From a virus (lineage: Duplodnaviria; Caudoviricetes): a stretch of 54,492 nucleotides of DNA. The stretch's first letter is position 1, and each line of letters opens with the position of its first letter. Positions 43,868 through 54,492 of this stretch are shown here, piece by piece. Made by a program: the position numbers and the translations under genes. Under the pieces are notes generated by a model, which saw only the letters and a list, made by a program, of their open reading frames with translations, was not told where the DNA came from and did no database searches. The DNA lies in IMG/VR virus record IMGVR_UViG_3300035670_000271, positions 1 to 54,492 of that record. One strand, given 5' to 3'.

Positions 43868-45721
43868 TTATCCCCATATCACGCAATAATAGTTTTTCCC
43901 TGTCTGGTTGAGCGAGACATCGTTGATCTCGAACCCCCCGTCTGTCCACGTAATTTTCCCGCCGGTATCGATGGCGCTTGCCGAGAGAGATTTGAGGTCA
44001 TTGGCGCTCATGCTGTCAGTTTTGACCACGCCATGCGCGGTGTCATCGGGCAAGATGGTCAACTTTTTAATGCTTGCGTATACTTCATCCTGAAATCCTG
44101 CGATGCTATAAATTGGCAACGTTCCTGTGAGAATTGCCCTCCCTCCATATTCACCTAAAAAGACATTGCCACTGACGCTATCATACGCGCCATAATAGAG
44201 TACACCCGCCACAGAAGCCAGCGCAGTATACCCAAGCGTTGGGCCTACCAAAATATTCGCATCATTTGTCCATGTCGTGCCATCATACCGATATAATGCG
44301 CTCTCGAACAAGACAAATAAAATATCGTTATGCACAACCATCGCAACGCAATCCCCCGCCGAACTAAAATTTTGTTCCTCCAAAAAACTCCCTGGCAGAA
44401 AAACGCTCGGCGCATTGGAAAAGATGTGCGTGCCGGCACCGACATAGACAATTCCATTGTATTCAGCCAAGCCAGTAATCGCGGTTTCCGTTGTTGCCAA
44501 TTGCAATGCCCATGGAATCTCACTATCATCATAGAGCCACAAATTTCCATCAAGGCCGACATAAATAGTAAGATCATTAATAGCAAGCAAGCTGTAGACT
44601 GTTCCTGTCTCAAAATTAACGCCATCAAATGGTCTTACGGCGATAGACCAGCCGCCCAAAGGAGGCGTCCCTTGAAAAAATCTATAAATATAAGCAGCCG
44701 TCCCCGTACCCGCCAAAGCCGTATCCGTTAAAGGAGCAAAACTTCGGATTTCAGCTTCTCCGGTTGATCCTAATGTTGATAGCGACCATGTTGAGCCATC
44801 ATATTCATAAATATCACCATTAGAAAGCCCCGCGAAAAGCAGGTCTTTAAACGGCTGCAATGCGTAGACCTTAGATGCTGCTGATCCATAAGACAATGCC
44901 AGACTGCCGTTCACTATTTCGTACACATCCCCATCCCCCCCACTTCCACCACCTACGCCAATAAAGACTCGCGTCACTTTTACCGCTTGAATCGCATTGA
45001 GCGGAATCGTTCGCGGCAATGCACCCGTGCCTGTGCCGGTATAGGAGATATGATCAAGCAATATGCCGGACGTCGGAAAGGCATTTCGTTTATGTGTGCC
45101 GTCTTCTTCGTGGGTGACGAGGAATTTCTGCCAGTAAGCATAACCGGATTTCGTGGGATCATCATTCTCGCGGTCTGGCGAGGCGCTCACTTCTATTGAG
45201 TCGCCATCTTGAATCCATGGGAGTTCATCGCTGCGTATCGCTTCAGAAGACTTCCCAGGGAGCACACCGCCGTACACACACCACGCCTCAAGAAAATATT
45301 CCTGATTGGGATAATTGACATACACGGAACTACCGATGCTAATAGCCCCTGGCGAAAAGTTGAGAATATCATTTTTTGTGAGCACGACATTTGACAACCT
45401 TTTCGAGTATTCGGCTGGCATGTCGATTGTCCTTGCGCATGACAATAGGCCATACGTGGCATGACTGCACACAACGCGACAGTATATCGGCACAAGGTTG
45501 GCATTGGGGAGAGAGATTGACCGCTGTGCGCCGTTGCCAACGTAGGATAGTGCGACACAGTATCCGCTATAACCGCCGACAGTATGATATGCCTCAGCAG
45601 AGTGCTCTCGCAAATACCGCGCATACATATCGATATTCCCGCGATCCCATGTGTTACTATAAAGCAAATCGCCATCACCAATGACAGGCTCGTTCCGTAC
45701 CATCCAATTCGGATCAGACAT
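43868..45721 (-). CDS. Tail / receptor-binding protein with beta-propeller repeats
   Basis: Repeated L..Y.G / IY.YDG..W blades. Confidence 0.65.
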   Translation of the reverse strand: MSDPNWMVRNEPVIGDGDLLYSNTWDRGNIDMYARYLREHSAEAYHTVGGYSGYCVALSYVGNGAQRSISLPNANLVPIYCRVVCSHATYGLLSCARTIDMPAEYSKRLSNVVLTKNDILNFSPGAISIGSSVYVNYPNQEYFLEAWCVYGGVLPGKSSEAIRSDELPWIQDGDSIEVSASPDRENDDPTKSGYAYWQKFLVTHEEDGTHKRNAFPTSGILLDHISYTGTGTGALPRTIPLNAIQAVKVTRVFIGVGGGSGGDGDVYEIVNGSLALSYGSAASKVYALQPFKDLLFAGLSNGDIYEYDGSTWSLSTLGSTGEAEIRSFAPLTDTALAGTGTAAYIYRFFQGTPPLGGWSIAVRPFDGVNFETGTVYSLLAINDLTIYVGLDGNLWLYDDSEIPWALQLATTETAITGLAEYNGIVYVGAGTHIFSNAPSVFLPGSFLEEQNFSSAGDCVAMVVHNDILFVLFESALYRYDGTTWTNDANILVGPTLGYTALASVAGVLYYGAYDSVSGNVFLGEYGGRAILTGTLPIYSIAGFQDEVYASIKKLTILPDDTAHGVVKTDSMSANDLKSLSASAIDTGGKITWTDGGFEINDVSLNQTGKNYYCVIWG

Positions 45722-48035
45722 AACTATTCTCCCCGTATACGATATAATGATAGGTCACTCCAGCCGCGTTCACTTTGGCGCTGCTGTTCAGAGTAAATTC
45801 TCCTTTCGTGCCTATATCCACAACCGCCTCAACAAACGTTCCCGTGCCTATTTGCTTAGACTGGAAAAAGTCACTATCACTATAAATTTTCCCGCCACTG
45901 CTCCCGCCGGTCGCAATATACCAATGATTGTCAAAGCGGAGAAAATCATGAATGTCATCAACGCCTGCCAACGTGACAGCCAACGCAACATTGCCAATAG
46001 AATTAATCGTATAGAGCGCATTATTTGCTGCGAACCATGTCAACCCATTATAAGAATACATGGGATTCGGGGATGTTCCATTAAATAGAGTCCCATCCGA
46101 CACTGTCATCCCATCCCACTTGCCTAATCCCCCGAGGGTTGGATAGGTATCACCCCTGAGCATAAAATACAAGACAGGAAGTCCATTGAGTAAAGCGCTT
46201 GCCATGCCTACCACTGTCACCTGTAAAAAATCACGGCCATAAATCTCTCCCGTATCCATGCCATAAAGCCAGCGCGTCCCATCCCAGATAATCGCATTCA
46301 CCCCAACCAGACTTCGTGACAACACTGTACGAGCATAATTTGTAGACTCGATATATTCAATATATATCTTGCCGTCGGTCTTTTTCACATAAATATGTTG
46401 CGTTTGGGCATTATCATAAGAAAGTATCTTGATGACATCAAAAGGGCCGTAAACTGAGAAAAATGCCCCCTGAGTACCAGATAGCGGGTTTAGCATACTA
46501 TTTATCCCACCAGATGATGAGGCATAATACAAACTGGAATTTGTCCGCCCTAAAGAATCGATCGGTTTTGCGTATTCATTGACTGATTGTTTTCCAGCAA
46601 CTTCCCATGTGTCACCCACAGGAGGCTTTCGATATATATGTGCACCTCCCGCGAATAAAGTTCCTGACCAATCTAATAAACTCAGTATCCCCGTGTCATA
46701 CAAATTCCAATCATATCCAGGGATATACACTGCCGCAGGGTCTATGATAGGAGAAGAAAACGATGTTGACCATGACGACCCATCAAATTTTAATACTTTC
46801 GCAACCGAAGCCGCCCCCGAGACGTATTCAGAAATCCCCATATAAAGGTTCCCAGACGACACTTCAAGACAATGATGCCTGTTGGTACTTGTCAGCGAGG
46901 TTGACCATGTCGTTCCATCAAAGACCTCAACCTTCCCTGTAGGCGGTGCGCCCTCGCTATACCCTGCCGCATATAATTTCGTGCCATACACTCTCAACGA
47001 TGTCACCGCATCAAGCCCTGTTGAATGTGAGAGACTCCAAGACAAATCTCCCCTGTTAAACACGTAAATATTCCCGCTGAGTTGTGTCCCGGCATACGTC
47101 TTCCCTTGATAAATCGCAAAACATGTGACATCTGACTGCGTGGTATCGTAAAGTGATTCCTCTATGCTGTCATACCCATAGCCAGAATATATACTATACC
47201 ATGATGTTGCTCCCCTATACAAAATCATATTATAAGGGCCTGTGCCTGCAAAAAGCGTATTATTGTGATAAGTAAAGCATGTAACGGTTGTTGCATATCC
47301 TGGCGTTGTCTGCCAGACAAGTGACCAAGTTGATCCATTATATTGATAAATTCCAGCGCCACCGGTTGATGACAGCGTTGTTCCAAGAAATAACCAAGCA
47401 CTATATCGTTTAAGCGCCGTATGTTTATCAGCATCCGTTTTGACGGTTGACCATGTGCTGCCGTCATACTTAAACACATTTCCAACGACAGGAGGCCCGT
47501 CGGCATAACCTGCGGCATAGAGATTCGTGCCAGATACGGCTAAGGCCGTAATATAATCCGCCGCCGACGCATAACTGAGCGACCATGTCAGCGTACCAGT
47601 ATCGTATTTATACACATTGCCAGATGTGCCAGAGCCGACATACAGATTACCGCCATACTCTGCCATGCAAAGCGCATCGCTCTGCGTCGTGTCATAGTCC
47701 AACGCTATCGAAGTCGGCACAGGGCCAATCATCACATCATCTGTCAACACAGGAGCCTCTGCATTTTCAGGGAACGTCTCAAGCGCCTTGATCACCAGGT
47801 TCGAATTCGACAGCGTGACCGTCTGGCTTCCGCTGTTGCCTGGATACGTGCCGGTTTCCATCTCGGAGAATGCAAAACCATTATAGACAATCGACTGCGT
47901 TTGGCCGTCTTCTTTATGCCCGGCGCGAAATAAGCTATAGAGGCCGCGCAAATAGCGGTTGGCGGTGTCTTCGCGTCCGAGAGGGTCATTCTCACCGGCC
48001 AGCGGTTCATTAATATTCCAGGGTTCAAGACTCAT
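45714..48035 (-). CDS. Tail / receptor-binding protein with duplicated beta-propeller
   Basis: Two homologous blocks starting YDTTQSD; YDG.TWS repeats. Confidence 0.65.
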   Translation of the reverse strand: MSLEPWNINEPLAGENDPLGREDTANRYLRGLYSLFRAGHKEDGQTQSIVYNGFAFSEMETGTYPGNSGSQTVTLSNSNLVIKALETFPENAEAPVLTDDVMIGPVPTSIALDYDTTQSDALCMAEYGGNLYVGSGTSGNVYKYDTGTLTWSLSYASAADYITALAVSGTNLYAAGYADGPPVVGNVFKYDGSTWSTVKTDADKHTALKRYSAWLFLGTTLSSTGGAGIYQYNGSTWSLVWQTTPGYATTVTCFTYHNNTLFAGTGPYNMILYRGATSWYSIYSGYGYDSIEESLYDTTQSDVTCFAIYQGKTYAGTQLSGNIYVFNRGDLSWSLSHSTGLDAVTSLRVYGTKLYAAGYSEGAPPTGKVEVFDGTTWSTSLTSTNRHHCLEVSSGNLYMGISEYVSGAASVAKVLKFDGSSWSTSFSSPIIDPAAVYIPGYDWNLYDTGILSLLDWSGTLFAGGAHIYRKPPVGDTWEVAGKQSVNEYAKPIDSLGRTNSSLYYASSSGGINSMLNPLSGTQGAFFSVYGPFDVIKILSYDNAQTQHIYVKKTDGKIYIEYIESTNYARTVLSRSLVGVNAIIWDGTRWLYGMDTGEIYGRDFLQVTVVGMASALLNGLPVLYFMLRGDTYPTLGGLGKWDGMTVSDGTLFNGTSPNPMYSYNGLTWFAANNALYTINSIGNVALAVTLAGVDDIHDFLRFDNHWYIATGGSSGGKIYSDSDFFQSKQIGTGTFVEAVVDIGTKGEFTLNSSAKVNAAGVTYHYIVYGENSYV

Positions 48036-49204
48036 TCGCGTAAACTCCCTTGAAAATTCCCGACTTGCGTTGTGCCATCATAAATGACACGGGTCGCCGG
48101 GTAAAACGTTTGTGTATCGTAAAGGACATATCCCGTCGTCATATTGACCGGGTCGGGCGAGATTTCCAGCACCCGCCAAATCTGATTGATAAGCAGGTCG
48201 CCGCTGCTGTCTTTCGCGAAGCGACAAGAGGCCACAACATAATCGCCGCGCTCTAAGGCCACGTTTTGCAAGGACGGCTCTGTCACGCTCCATATCCAAC
48301 GCGGCGCGTCTGCTCTCAACAAAATTTCTGACTGAACGGATTGCGCGACAGCATCGGCGCGAATCCATTGCATATTGAATGTTTTCGGCTGATCCCCATA
48401 CAGCGACACACTCACTTGCGGTTGAACGTCTAATCCGTCTAAAAATCCGTCGTAGTCGCCCTTGCCTGAACCGGTTGTCGTGCGCCGGTCGCGGTTCGTA
48501 AAGTTCGGCGCGTAATACATGATTGGCCGGTTGCACAAATCATTAAGGCTACGAGCAAGCTGTCCCTGAAAGTTGACTCGGTTGTCAAGAAACCCCATCA
48601 CCTGATACGTGGTTTGCTGCTGTCCGATTTCAATGACAATCTTCTGCTCGTAATTCAGCCACCACGACCCTAAAAATGATGACAGTACACTGCTCAACCA
48701 GAAACGTGGCGATTGGTCTTGTAGCAAGACTCCTGCGGCAACATAGCCTAATTGCGACGCAACCTGACGAGCGCGACTATATGCCCCCGGCTCAAAATCA
48801 TTCTCAATTCCCATCCAGGTCATCACATCCACGACAATATCAATCGGATTTTCAATGAGCGCCCCGGCGTCATCGGGTTTTCCCTGTCCTGATGCTGTAA
48901 CGTCGCCATTTGGGGCAGTGCTGAATGTTGCCGTGCTGATAATGCCTTGCCCCTCGTAATCATGCGATAAGTTGAGCGTATAGTCAGCGGCGTCAATTTC
49001 ACCGTCATCATCATAGAGCGTCGCTGAGATAATGGGATGCGCGGCAAGTGCCCAGACCATATCATTCTCATGAATTAATGAGGCAGGCCAGACGCCTCCA
49101 TCACCTGACAAGTCTCCATACACGACCGCCAGAATATCGCTCTGGTTCGCAGGCGCGCTATATCGCGAGGCACGAGGCAATAAATATGTATCTGATAATC
49201 GCAT
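48032..49204 (-). CDS. Tail tip / hub protein
   Basis: Post-tape-measure position; VVYGD, IENPIDI, LERGD; TAATG coupling. Confidence 0.6.
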   Translation of the reverse strand: MRLSDTYLLPRASRYSAPANQSDILAVVYGDLSGDGGVWPASLIHENDMVWALAAHPIISATLYDDDGEIDAADYTLNLSHDYEGQGIISTATFSTAPNGDVTASGQGKPDDAGALIENPIDIVVDVMTWMGIENDFEPGAYSRARQVASQLGYVAAGVLLQDQSPRFWLSSVLSSFLGSWWLNYEQKIVIEIGQQQTTYQVMGFLDNRVNFQGQLARSLNDLCNRPIMYYAPNFTNRDRRTTTGSGKGDYDGFLDGLDVQPQVSVSLYGDQPKTFNMQWIRADAVAQSVQSEILLRADAPRWIWSVTEPSLQNVALERGDYVVASCRFAKDSSGDLLINQIWRVLEISPDPVNMTTGYVLYDTQTFYPATRVIYDGTTQVGNFQGSLRE

Positions 49205-49704
49205 TACGTTGCAGCGGCGACCAGCCACAGTTCATCAGCAGTCAAGCGTTCTTCCACAATACGACCTGAAAACCTGTCAAGAAAATCAGAATACGCCAAT
49301 GACGGAAATCCTACCTTGACAGCGACGTCTTGATTCTGGAAACTTTCTGATACCAATAACTCAGAAAAAACTAACCCGACATTCGAGAGTGAGAAGGAAA
49401 TTGACGGAATTTCCGTTCCGGTATACAACAAGACATTATTACTATCAGGCGCAAGCGTTTCCCTCAAGGGAGACACGTTGAGCAACCTGGAATCCTTATC
49501 CACAACAATGCCACGACTGCCATAAACGACGTCCTCGCCAACAGAAGCGCTTCCATCATAGCGGATAACATCACCGATGCCTTCGGCTTTCGGCATCTCA
49601 TAGCTATAGAGCCGCCTCCCTCCATTGCCTTCAATCTCAACATAGAGAATCGTGGTCTCTCTGGCATCTCTGGCAGCCGAAAACGCCGACGATACCTGAT
49701 ACAT
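49204..49704 (-). CDS. Tail tip protein
   Basis: Coupled ORF in the tail operon. Confidence 0.55.
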   Translation of the reverse strand: MYQVSSAFSAARDARETTILYVEIEGNGGRRLYSYEMPKAEGIGDVIRYDGSASVGEDVVYGSRGIVVDKDSRLLNVSPLRETLAPDSNNVLLYTGTEIPSISFSLSNVGLVFSELLVSESFQNQDVAVKVGFPSLAYSDFLDRFSGRIVEERLTADELWLVAAAT

Positions 49705-50792
49705 TACACCAATTCCTCCAATGATAAGGTGATGCTATCCAACCCTTTTCGGCGATATGTACGGCTCAGTGATGAGGCAAAACGCACGAGCCTAATTGAC
49801 GACGGCACATCAGAAAAGAGATGAAATAAAAACCCCTTGCTCACCCCTGAACCTAAAAATCTTACCGCATCATAACACGCCTGGATGCTATCAAATTCAG
49901 TGCTTGTGATCACTGGATAGTTGAGCGTAAGCCGTCTGATGCTATTGGCGACGGACTCACGATAGACACCAACAGGCGTTTGATTCTCAAAGGCAAACAC
50001 GTCGTGTTCTTCTTGACTGCCCCATTCGGCATTCCCGTCAAGCTCTGTATAGTCCCCTAAAAAAAGCGTGTCGATCTCCATATACCCATCAGGATTTGTG
50101 GCGTCTGCGATAGCGACGCGCCAATAGCGATACGCCAGCGTCGCAAAATAGAGAACATACGGAGTGTCCGCTGTCATGGCATAGGGGCCAAGCGTCTGGT
50201 CTGCGGGAGAAAACCCTGAATCGCTGTCAGCGTAGAGCGTGACGGTTGCGCTACTTGTCAAATTATGTGTGACGATTGCCAACGCTGACACGTCCTGAGC
50301 CGCCCCACAATCTACCGTAACTGTCAACGTTGAGAGGTTGCCGGTTTTGAATGTTGTGCCCTTGAGTCCATCCGACAACCGAGACGGTGACCACGTCGCA
50401 TAGGCTCTCACCGTCCATGTGTCAAGCCCCTCGAAATCGTTGCCAGTGCCTGCTGAGACAAAGCGGAACGTGACCCCGTTGCTCATCGTCACGTTGTTGG
50501 TTGTGGTCAGGATGTCTGTGGCTTCCCATGCCCCAGGAGACGTTGCTGACGTCCGCCATCTGACTTTTGCCTGTCCGATAGACTTCCCCCCAAGCACATT
50601 ATACACCTGTATCGTATAGTCAAGGTTCTCCGTCCCGGAATAGTCGCCAGAAGCATACATAATCGCCGTGCCTATCGCGTCTCCGCCTGCCGTTTTTTGT
50701 GCGCCACCAACAGCCCCCGTCTTTTGACTGCTGACGGTGACAGTCCCAGACGCGAGCACATTATCATATAAAAATCGACTTGCCTCGTACAT
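49704..50792 (-). CDS. Distal tail-like protein with discoidin-like insert
   Basis: Immediately after the tape measure gene; HNL..SA.V and YRYWRV motifs. Confidence 0.6.
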   Translation of the reverse strand: MYEASRFLYDNVLASGTVTVSSQKTGAVGGAQKTAGGDAIGTAIMYASGDYSGTENLDYTIQVYNVLGGKSIGQAKVRWRTSATSPGAWEATDILTTTNNVTMSNGVTFRFVSAGTGNDFEGLDTWTVRAYATWSPSRLSDGLKGTTFKTGNLSTLTVTVDCGAAQDVSALAIVTHNLTSSATVTLYADSDSGFSPADQTLGPYAMTADTPYVLYFATLAYRYWRVAIADATNPDGYMEIDTLFLGDYTELDGNAEWGSQEEHDVFAFENQTPVGVYRESVANSIRRLTLNYPVITSTEFDSIQACYDAVRFLGSGVSKGFLFHLFSDVPSSIRLVRFASSLSRTYRRKGLDSITLSLEELV

Positions 50793-53700
50793 TATCTCAC
50801 CATGAACGACTGTTGACGGTCAATTTCGGTCTTGACATCACGCGCAAACTTTTGAAACGCATTCTGATCAGCATACGTCGCGTAAAGATTAAAAGTATAG
50901 CCCCCCCCCATTGTAGGGGCTGGCATCGATCCGCTGGACTGAGACGGGCGTGATTGTGCCGACTGAAAGCTTGACTGCTGTTGTGTCAGTGACGACTCCA
51001 AATCAGATAACGCCCGCCGTGACTCCAACTGTTTGCGGTATTGGTCAAGCACCTGAAATGCGCCTTCTGTGACGTTGTAGTCTTTCCCCAACGCGCTCAG
51101 AATATCCGCATTACTCATGCGGAAAAGGTTCTGTTGCGCGTCTTCTGAGAGCTTCCGAATCGGGCCAAGCAAATCTTCGGTTGAGACTTTTTCGACACTC
51201 ATGCCACCAAACCCACCGAGGCTTCCCTGATAGACTGTTTGCCCCACGACAATCTCTCCTGCTTCTGTACTGAGTGCGCCGCCTATGCCAGTAGTCAAGC
51301 CTTCTAACGACATTGCATACATATTTGTTTTCTGCGTAAGCGCGTCTGTGGCTTGTCCGTGTTGGATGAGTTTGGCGAATTGTTTATCAAGGGCTTCATT
51401 GGTTTTTTCCAACGCCTGTTTTTGCCGTTCTTCAGCGGCGATCTGGTTAAAAATAGAGAGGGAGACGCTATCTGTGAAAACACCGATCCCCCGCAAGGAT
51501 GTTTCGATGTTATTGGAGTCAACAAGCCACTGTTGCGTTTTTTCTGACAGTCCGTCGAAGAGCTTTTGGACATAGATATATTTTGCGTCAAGCGCCTGCG
51601 ATGACTCATTAACAGCCATGCTTTGCCGTTCTTCAGCGGCGATCTGGTTATAAATAGACATTGATAGCGCATCGGTCTGTATGCCAACAGAGCGGAGCAT
51701 GGTTGTCATTTCACCCGACTGTATCAGCCATTTTTGAGTTGCTTGTGACAGCCCTCCAAAAAAACTCTTTGATTTCTGCTCTAAATCCTCATAATACCTT
51801 TGTTCTGACATTGCACGCCATTCTATAGCCTCAGAAATGTCTTTAATTTCTTGTTTTTCTATACTTTCAAGTTTTGTTTTTTCAGCGACCTTGAGCATCA
51901 CATCATCTACTGTTACGCCAAAAGACTCAAGCGCCCCTTTTAGTGAATCTTGGACAAATAGCCAATTTTGCGTGTCTTGAGAGAGTCCAGAAAAAAATTT
52001 TGTATATTTTTCTTCCAAAGTCTCTACAGAATCTGCCTGTTCTTTTTGTGAACGAATGGCATCAGATTGTGTCTCAATAGATGCTTTTAATTCAGTTTGC
52101 TCAATGCGAAGGACATTTATAATGTTTTGTTCTTCTCGTTTTTTAGCCTGTAGCGAATCAATAGTTGCGTTTATTTCTTTACGCCGTTCTTTGTCTGCTG
52201 CATCTATTGATTCAAGTAATGTTTTTTGTTCACGAATTGCGTTATCAAATGATCTAACACTATTTTGATGCTCTATAAAAGTGTCTTTAATTGTTTGATA
52301 TGCCTTATCAGTTTCCATTACTTGTAGGAAAGCGTCTTTCTGCGATTGCGTCAGACTCTCAGTTGTTTGCTCTCCACTTAATGCCGCTTCTACATACCTT
52401 TTCAGCGCAGGGGTTAATGATCGCCCCTCATACGCATCATCAACAGCTAACACCGCGTCGCCTTGCAAATAGAGACTTTTTGACAATGCTTCATTTGCTG
52501 TTTTCGCGCCTTCTGCCCCGCTCTTATACCGCCTGACGGCTTCTTCTAACGCAACAACGCCGTCTTTGAGTTCCTGAGATGGCTCGATCCCTGCTTTTAA
52601 TGATTTTTCTAACCCTTCTTCAAGTTTGACAAACGCATTATACATCTCATCAGTGCCACGTTGCGTAAACACAAATTGTTCATTAAGGTCTTGTAAAGCA
52701 TTATATGTATCTTTCATGCTTTTCTGCCCTAACTCAAATGCTTCGTCGGCTTTTGCATATCCTTCTTCCATCTTTTGAATTTTTGCGGTTATGCTATCTA
52801 TGGTTTGCCCCCACCATTCAGCGGCATCAGTGATCGCCTGTATCGCTCCGCCTAACGCTTTTCCTATACCAACCAAGGCGCCAGCCGTTAATTTTATCGC
52901 ACCGGGAAGTGTCTCTTTAAAAAAATGCGCGGCTTCCTCTGAGGTTTGATACCACTCGCGAAAATCCTCAACAAGTGGCATAAAATCTGTTGAAACTACG
53001 CCCGACAATGCCGTTGCAATATCTTTCCCGATGATTTCCTGGGTTGCTGTGAGTTGGCTTTGGAAGACCTCAAATGATGCCCCAAGCCGCTGCAAAGACC
53101 GTTGGTATTCTCGTTCGATGGATGAACCTGTCCCTTGTTGCACTTCTTCGGCAAGGGCTTTTGATTTTTGCAGGGCTTTATCTAACATTTCAAGCCCGGA
53201 CTGACCTCCATCAGCAACACGCTTGCCAATATCTTCTCCGAATATTGCTATAGCAGTTTGCGTTTGTTTCGCGCTATCTTCAATGCCTGCAATGCCTTCC
53301 AAGAGGACGCCAACCGCGACTTCTGGCTTTTCAGTAAGTGCCTTAGCAATAAACTCTCCCGTTGTTCCGAATGCCTCGCGAGTTGTTCCTAAATCCTCTT
53401 CAAGCTTTTTGAGGCTTTCTTCCGTCGAGAGGAGCGCGGTGGCGGCTTCTTTTCCCGCTTCTGTAATTTCGGCATTTTGACCAAGCAGGACGTTCCAAAT
53501 CCGAGAACCAACACGGCCGAATATTTCAACGCTCGCGGTCAGTTGTTTCGATTGCGTATCCAGTGCGCTAATACTTTCTGTTAAAATCTTTGTTGCGCCA
53601 ATCGCGTCTTTCCCTACAGCCTCACGGACGACGCCGACCCAGTTGACTGTTTCCTGCCCTTTGACTTTAATCGTATGGGCGCTTAAATCAACAATCCCTG

Positions 53701-54492
53701 CAAGGTCTTCTTGCGCTTTCTTGTTGCCTTCTATAAGGCTTTTAACGGCTTCATTTGTCTTTTTACTGCCTGACAGAATGTTCGCAAGTGCTGATTGGTA
53801 GCGAGTTGCAGCATCATTGGCGTCCTGCCCTAACGAAATAAAGACAGCGCCCATCGCGGCGGCCTCATGTTGCATCATGTTAAGGCTTGGGGCCATTGTA
53901 AAGCTTGCTAAAAACGATGAGATTTGCTTTGCGTCCGTTGCCATCGCATCGCCTAATCCGTTCATGACGGCCAGGAATTCTTCAGCGGCATCAGGCCCTT
54001 GCCTATAGAGGGCCAACTGTTTGGAAATCACCGTCGCGATCTCTTCAGCGCCCCCGCTAAACTCTTTCATGGCCTCTTTGCTCTTCGCAATGACTAAGGC
54101 AAAATTCTGAAGTTCTTCGCGTGCCTCGCCAAATTTTTGGGCGTCAATCTTATCGCTTGCAATCCCTAATTGTCCAGCGATGGCAACAACGTCAGCAAGG
54201 TCTTTTGTCGTGACTGGCCCTATAGCGGCAGCAGTTTCCCGCAAGGCTGTTTCGAGCTTCAGGAGTTCTTCGCCTTCCAATCCTGTCGTTTTCGATACTT
54301 GGTTTAAAGAGCCTTCCAACTCTAAGAAAACAGCAACGCTCTCTTTCCCGAAATCTACCAGGGCTGCGCCTGCGCTTTTGATTCCATCGGCGACTAAGGC
54401 TCCTAACGAAATTTTGAAGGTATCATTAAAATCCTTACGCATTTCAGACAATAATGACGTAATACCAGACCCCAAATCAGAGAACCCTTTTT
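50792..54492 (-). CDS. Tape measure protein (TP901-type core; true start at 254 across the origin)
   Basis: About 1275 aa in total, helical Ala/Glu/Lys-rich; V.KTTGL, AGQLGI, IFG motifs. Confidence 0.9.
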   Translation of the reverse strand, partial: KGFSDLGSGITSLLSEMRKDFNDTFKISLGALVADGIKSAGAALVDFGKESVAVFLELEGSLNQVSKTTGLEGEELLKLETALRETAAAIGPVTTKDLADVVAIAGQLGIASDKIDAQKFGEAREELQNFALVIAKSKEAMKEFSGGAEEIATVISKQLALYRQGPDAAEEFLAVMNGLGDAMATDAKQISSFLASFTMAPSLNMMQHEAAAMGAVFISLGQDANDAATRYQSALANILSGSKKTNEAVKSLIEGNKKAQEDLAGIVDLSAHTIKVKGQETVNWVGVVREAVGKDAIGATKILTESISALDTQSKQLTASVEIFGRVGSRIWNVLLGQNAEITEAGKEAATALLSTEESLKKLEEDLGTTREAFGTTGEFIAKALTEKPEVAVGVLLEGIAGIEDSAKQTQTAIAIFGEDIGKRVADGGQSGLEMLDKALQKSKALAEEVQQGTGSSIEREYQRSLQRLGASFEVFQSQLTATQEIIGKDIATALSGVVSTDFMPLVEDFREWYQTSEEAAHFFKETLPGAIKLTAGALVGIGKALGGAIQAITDAAEWWGQTIDSITAKIQKMEEGYAKADEAFELGQKSMKDTYNALQDLNEQFVFTQRGTDEMYNAFVKLEEGLEKSLKAGIEPSQELKDGVVALEEAVRRYKSGAEGAKTANEALSKSLYLQGDAVLAVDDAYEGRSLTPALKRYVEAALSGEQTTESLTQSQKDAFLQVMETDKAYQTIKDTFIEHQNSVRSFDNAIREQKTLLESIDAADKERRKEINATIDSLQAKKREEQNIINVLRIEQTELKASIETQSDAIRSQKEQADSVETLEEKYTKFFSGLSQDTQNWLFVQDSLKGALESFGVTVDDVMLKVAEKTKLESIEKQEIKDISEAIEWRAMSEQRYYEDLEQKSKSFFGGLSQATQKWLIQSGEMTTMLRSVGIQTDALSMSIYNQIAAEERQSMAVNESSQALDAKYIYVQKLFDGLSEKTQQWLVDSNNIETSLRGIGVFTDSVSLSIFNQIAAEERQKQALEKTNEALDKQFAKLIQHGQATDALTQKTNMYAMSLEGLTTGIGGALSTEAGEIVVGQTVYQGSLGGFGGMSVEKVSTEDLLGPIRKLSEDAQQNLFRMSNADILSALGKDYNVTEGAFQVLDQYRKQLESRRALSDLESSLTQQQSSFQSAQSRPSQSSGSMPAPTMGGGYTFNLYATYADQNAFQKFARDVKTEIDRQQSFMVR
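54366..54492. repeat. Terminal direct repeat, right copy
   Basis: Identical to 1-127. Confidence 0.95.

Noticed and set aside
43868-48035. Diversity-generating retroelement targeting the tail proteins
   Set aside because: No reverse transcriptase and no TR/VR pair differing at adenines was seen

Overview
The window is a complete circular tailed-phage or phage-plasmid genome of about 54,365 bp; bases 1-127 repeat at 54366-54492, which is an assembly overlap. It encodes Mu-like head and neck proteins without a transposase, a terminase, a portal-MuF fusion, and a tail with a G/GT frameshift chaperone and a tape measure gene crossing the origin. It also has a Prim-Pol/VapE replication module, ERF/YqaJ recombination genes, a dUTPase, a RemA homologue and a ParM/ParR-like partition pair next to an FtsK/TraB-like translocase. 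The standout feature is an integron of about 11 kb built into the phage (25664-36864). I count 16 intact and 4 damaged attC sites delimiting about 20 minus-strand gene cassettes, with an attI-like crossover at about 36065 and a divergent IntI-derived gene. That gene lacks several catalytic residues and about 100 aa of the catalytic domain. The cassettes carry phage-type cargo: three DNA methyltransferases, self-promoted pairs of a small protein and a DNA-binding protein (Acr/Aca- or TA-like), ORF-less cassettes and a candidate antisense sRNA. Most cassettes start and end in mutually complementary core sequences, as expected after circular excision and re-integration. All family assignments come from motif recognition by eye, not from database searches.
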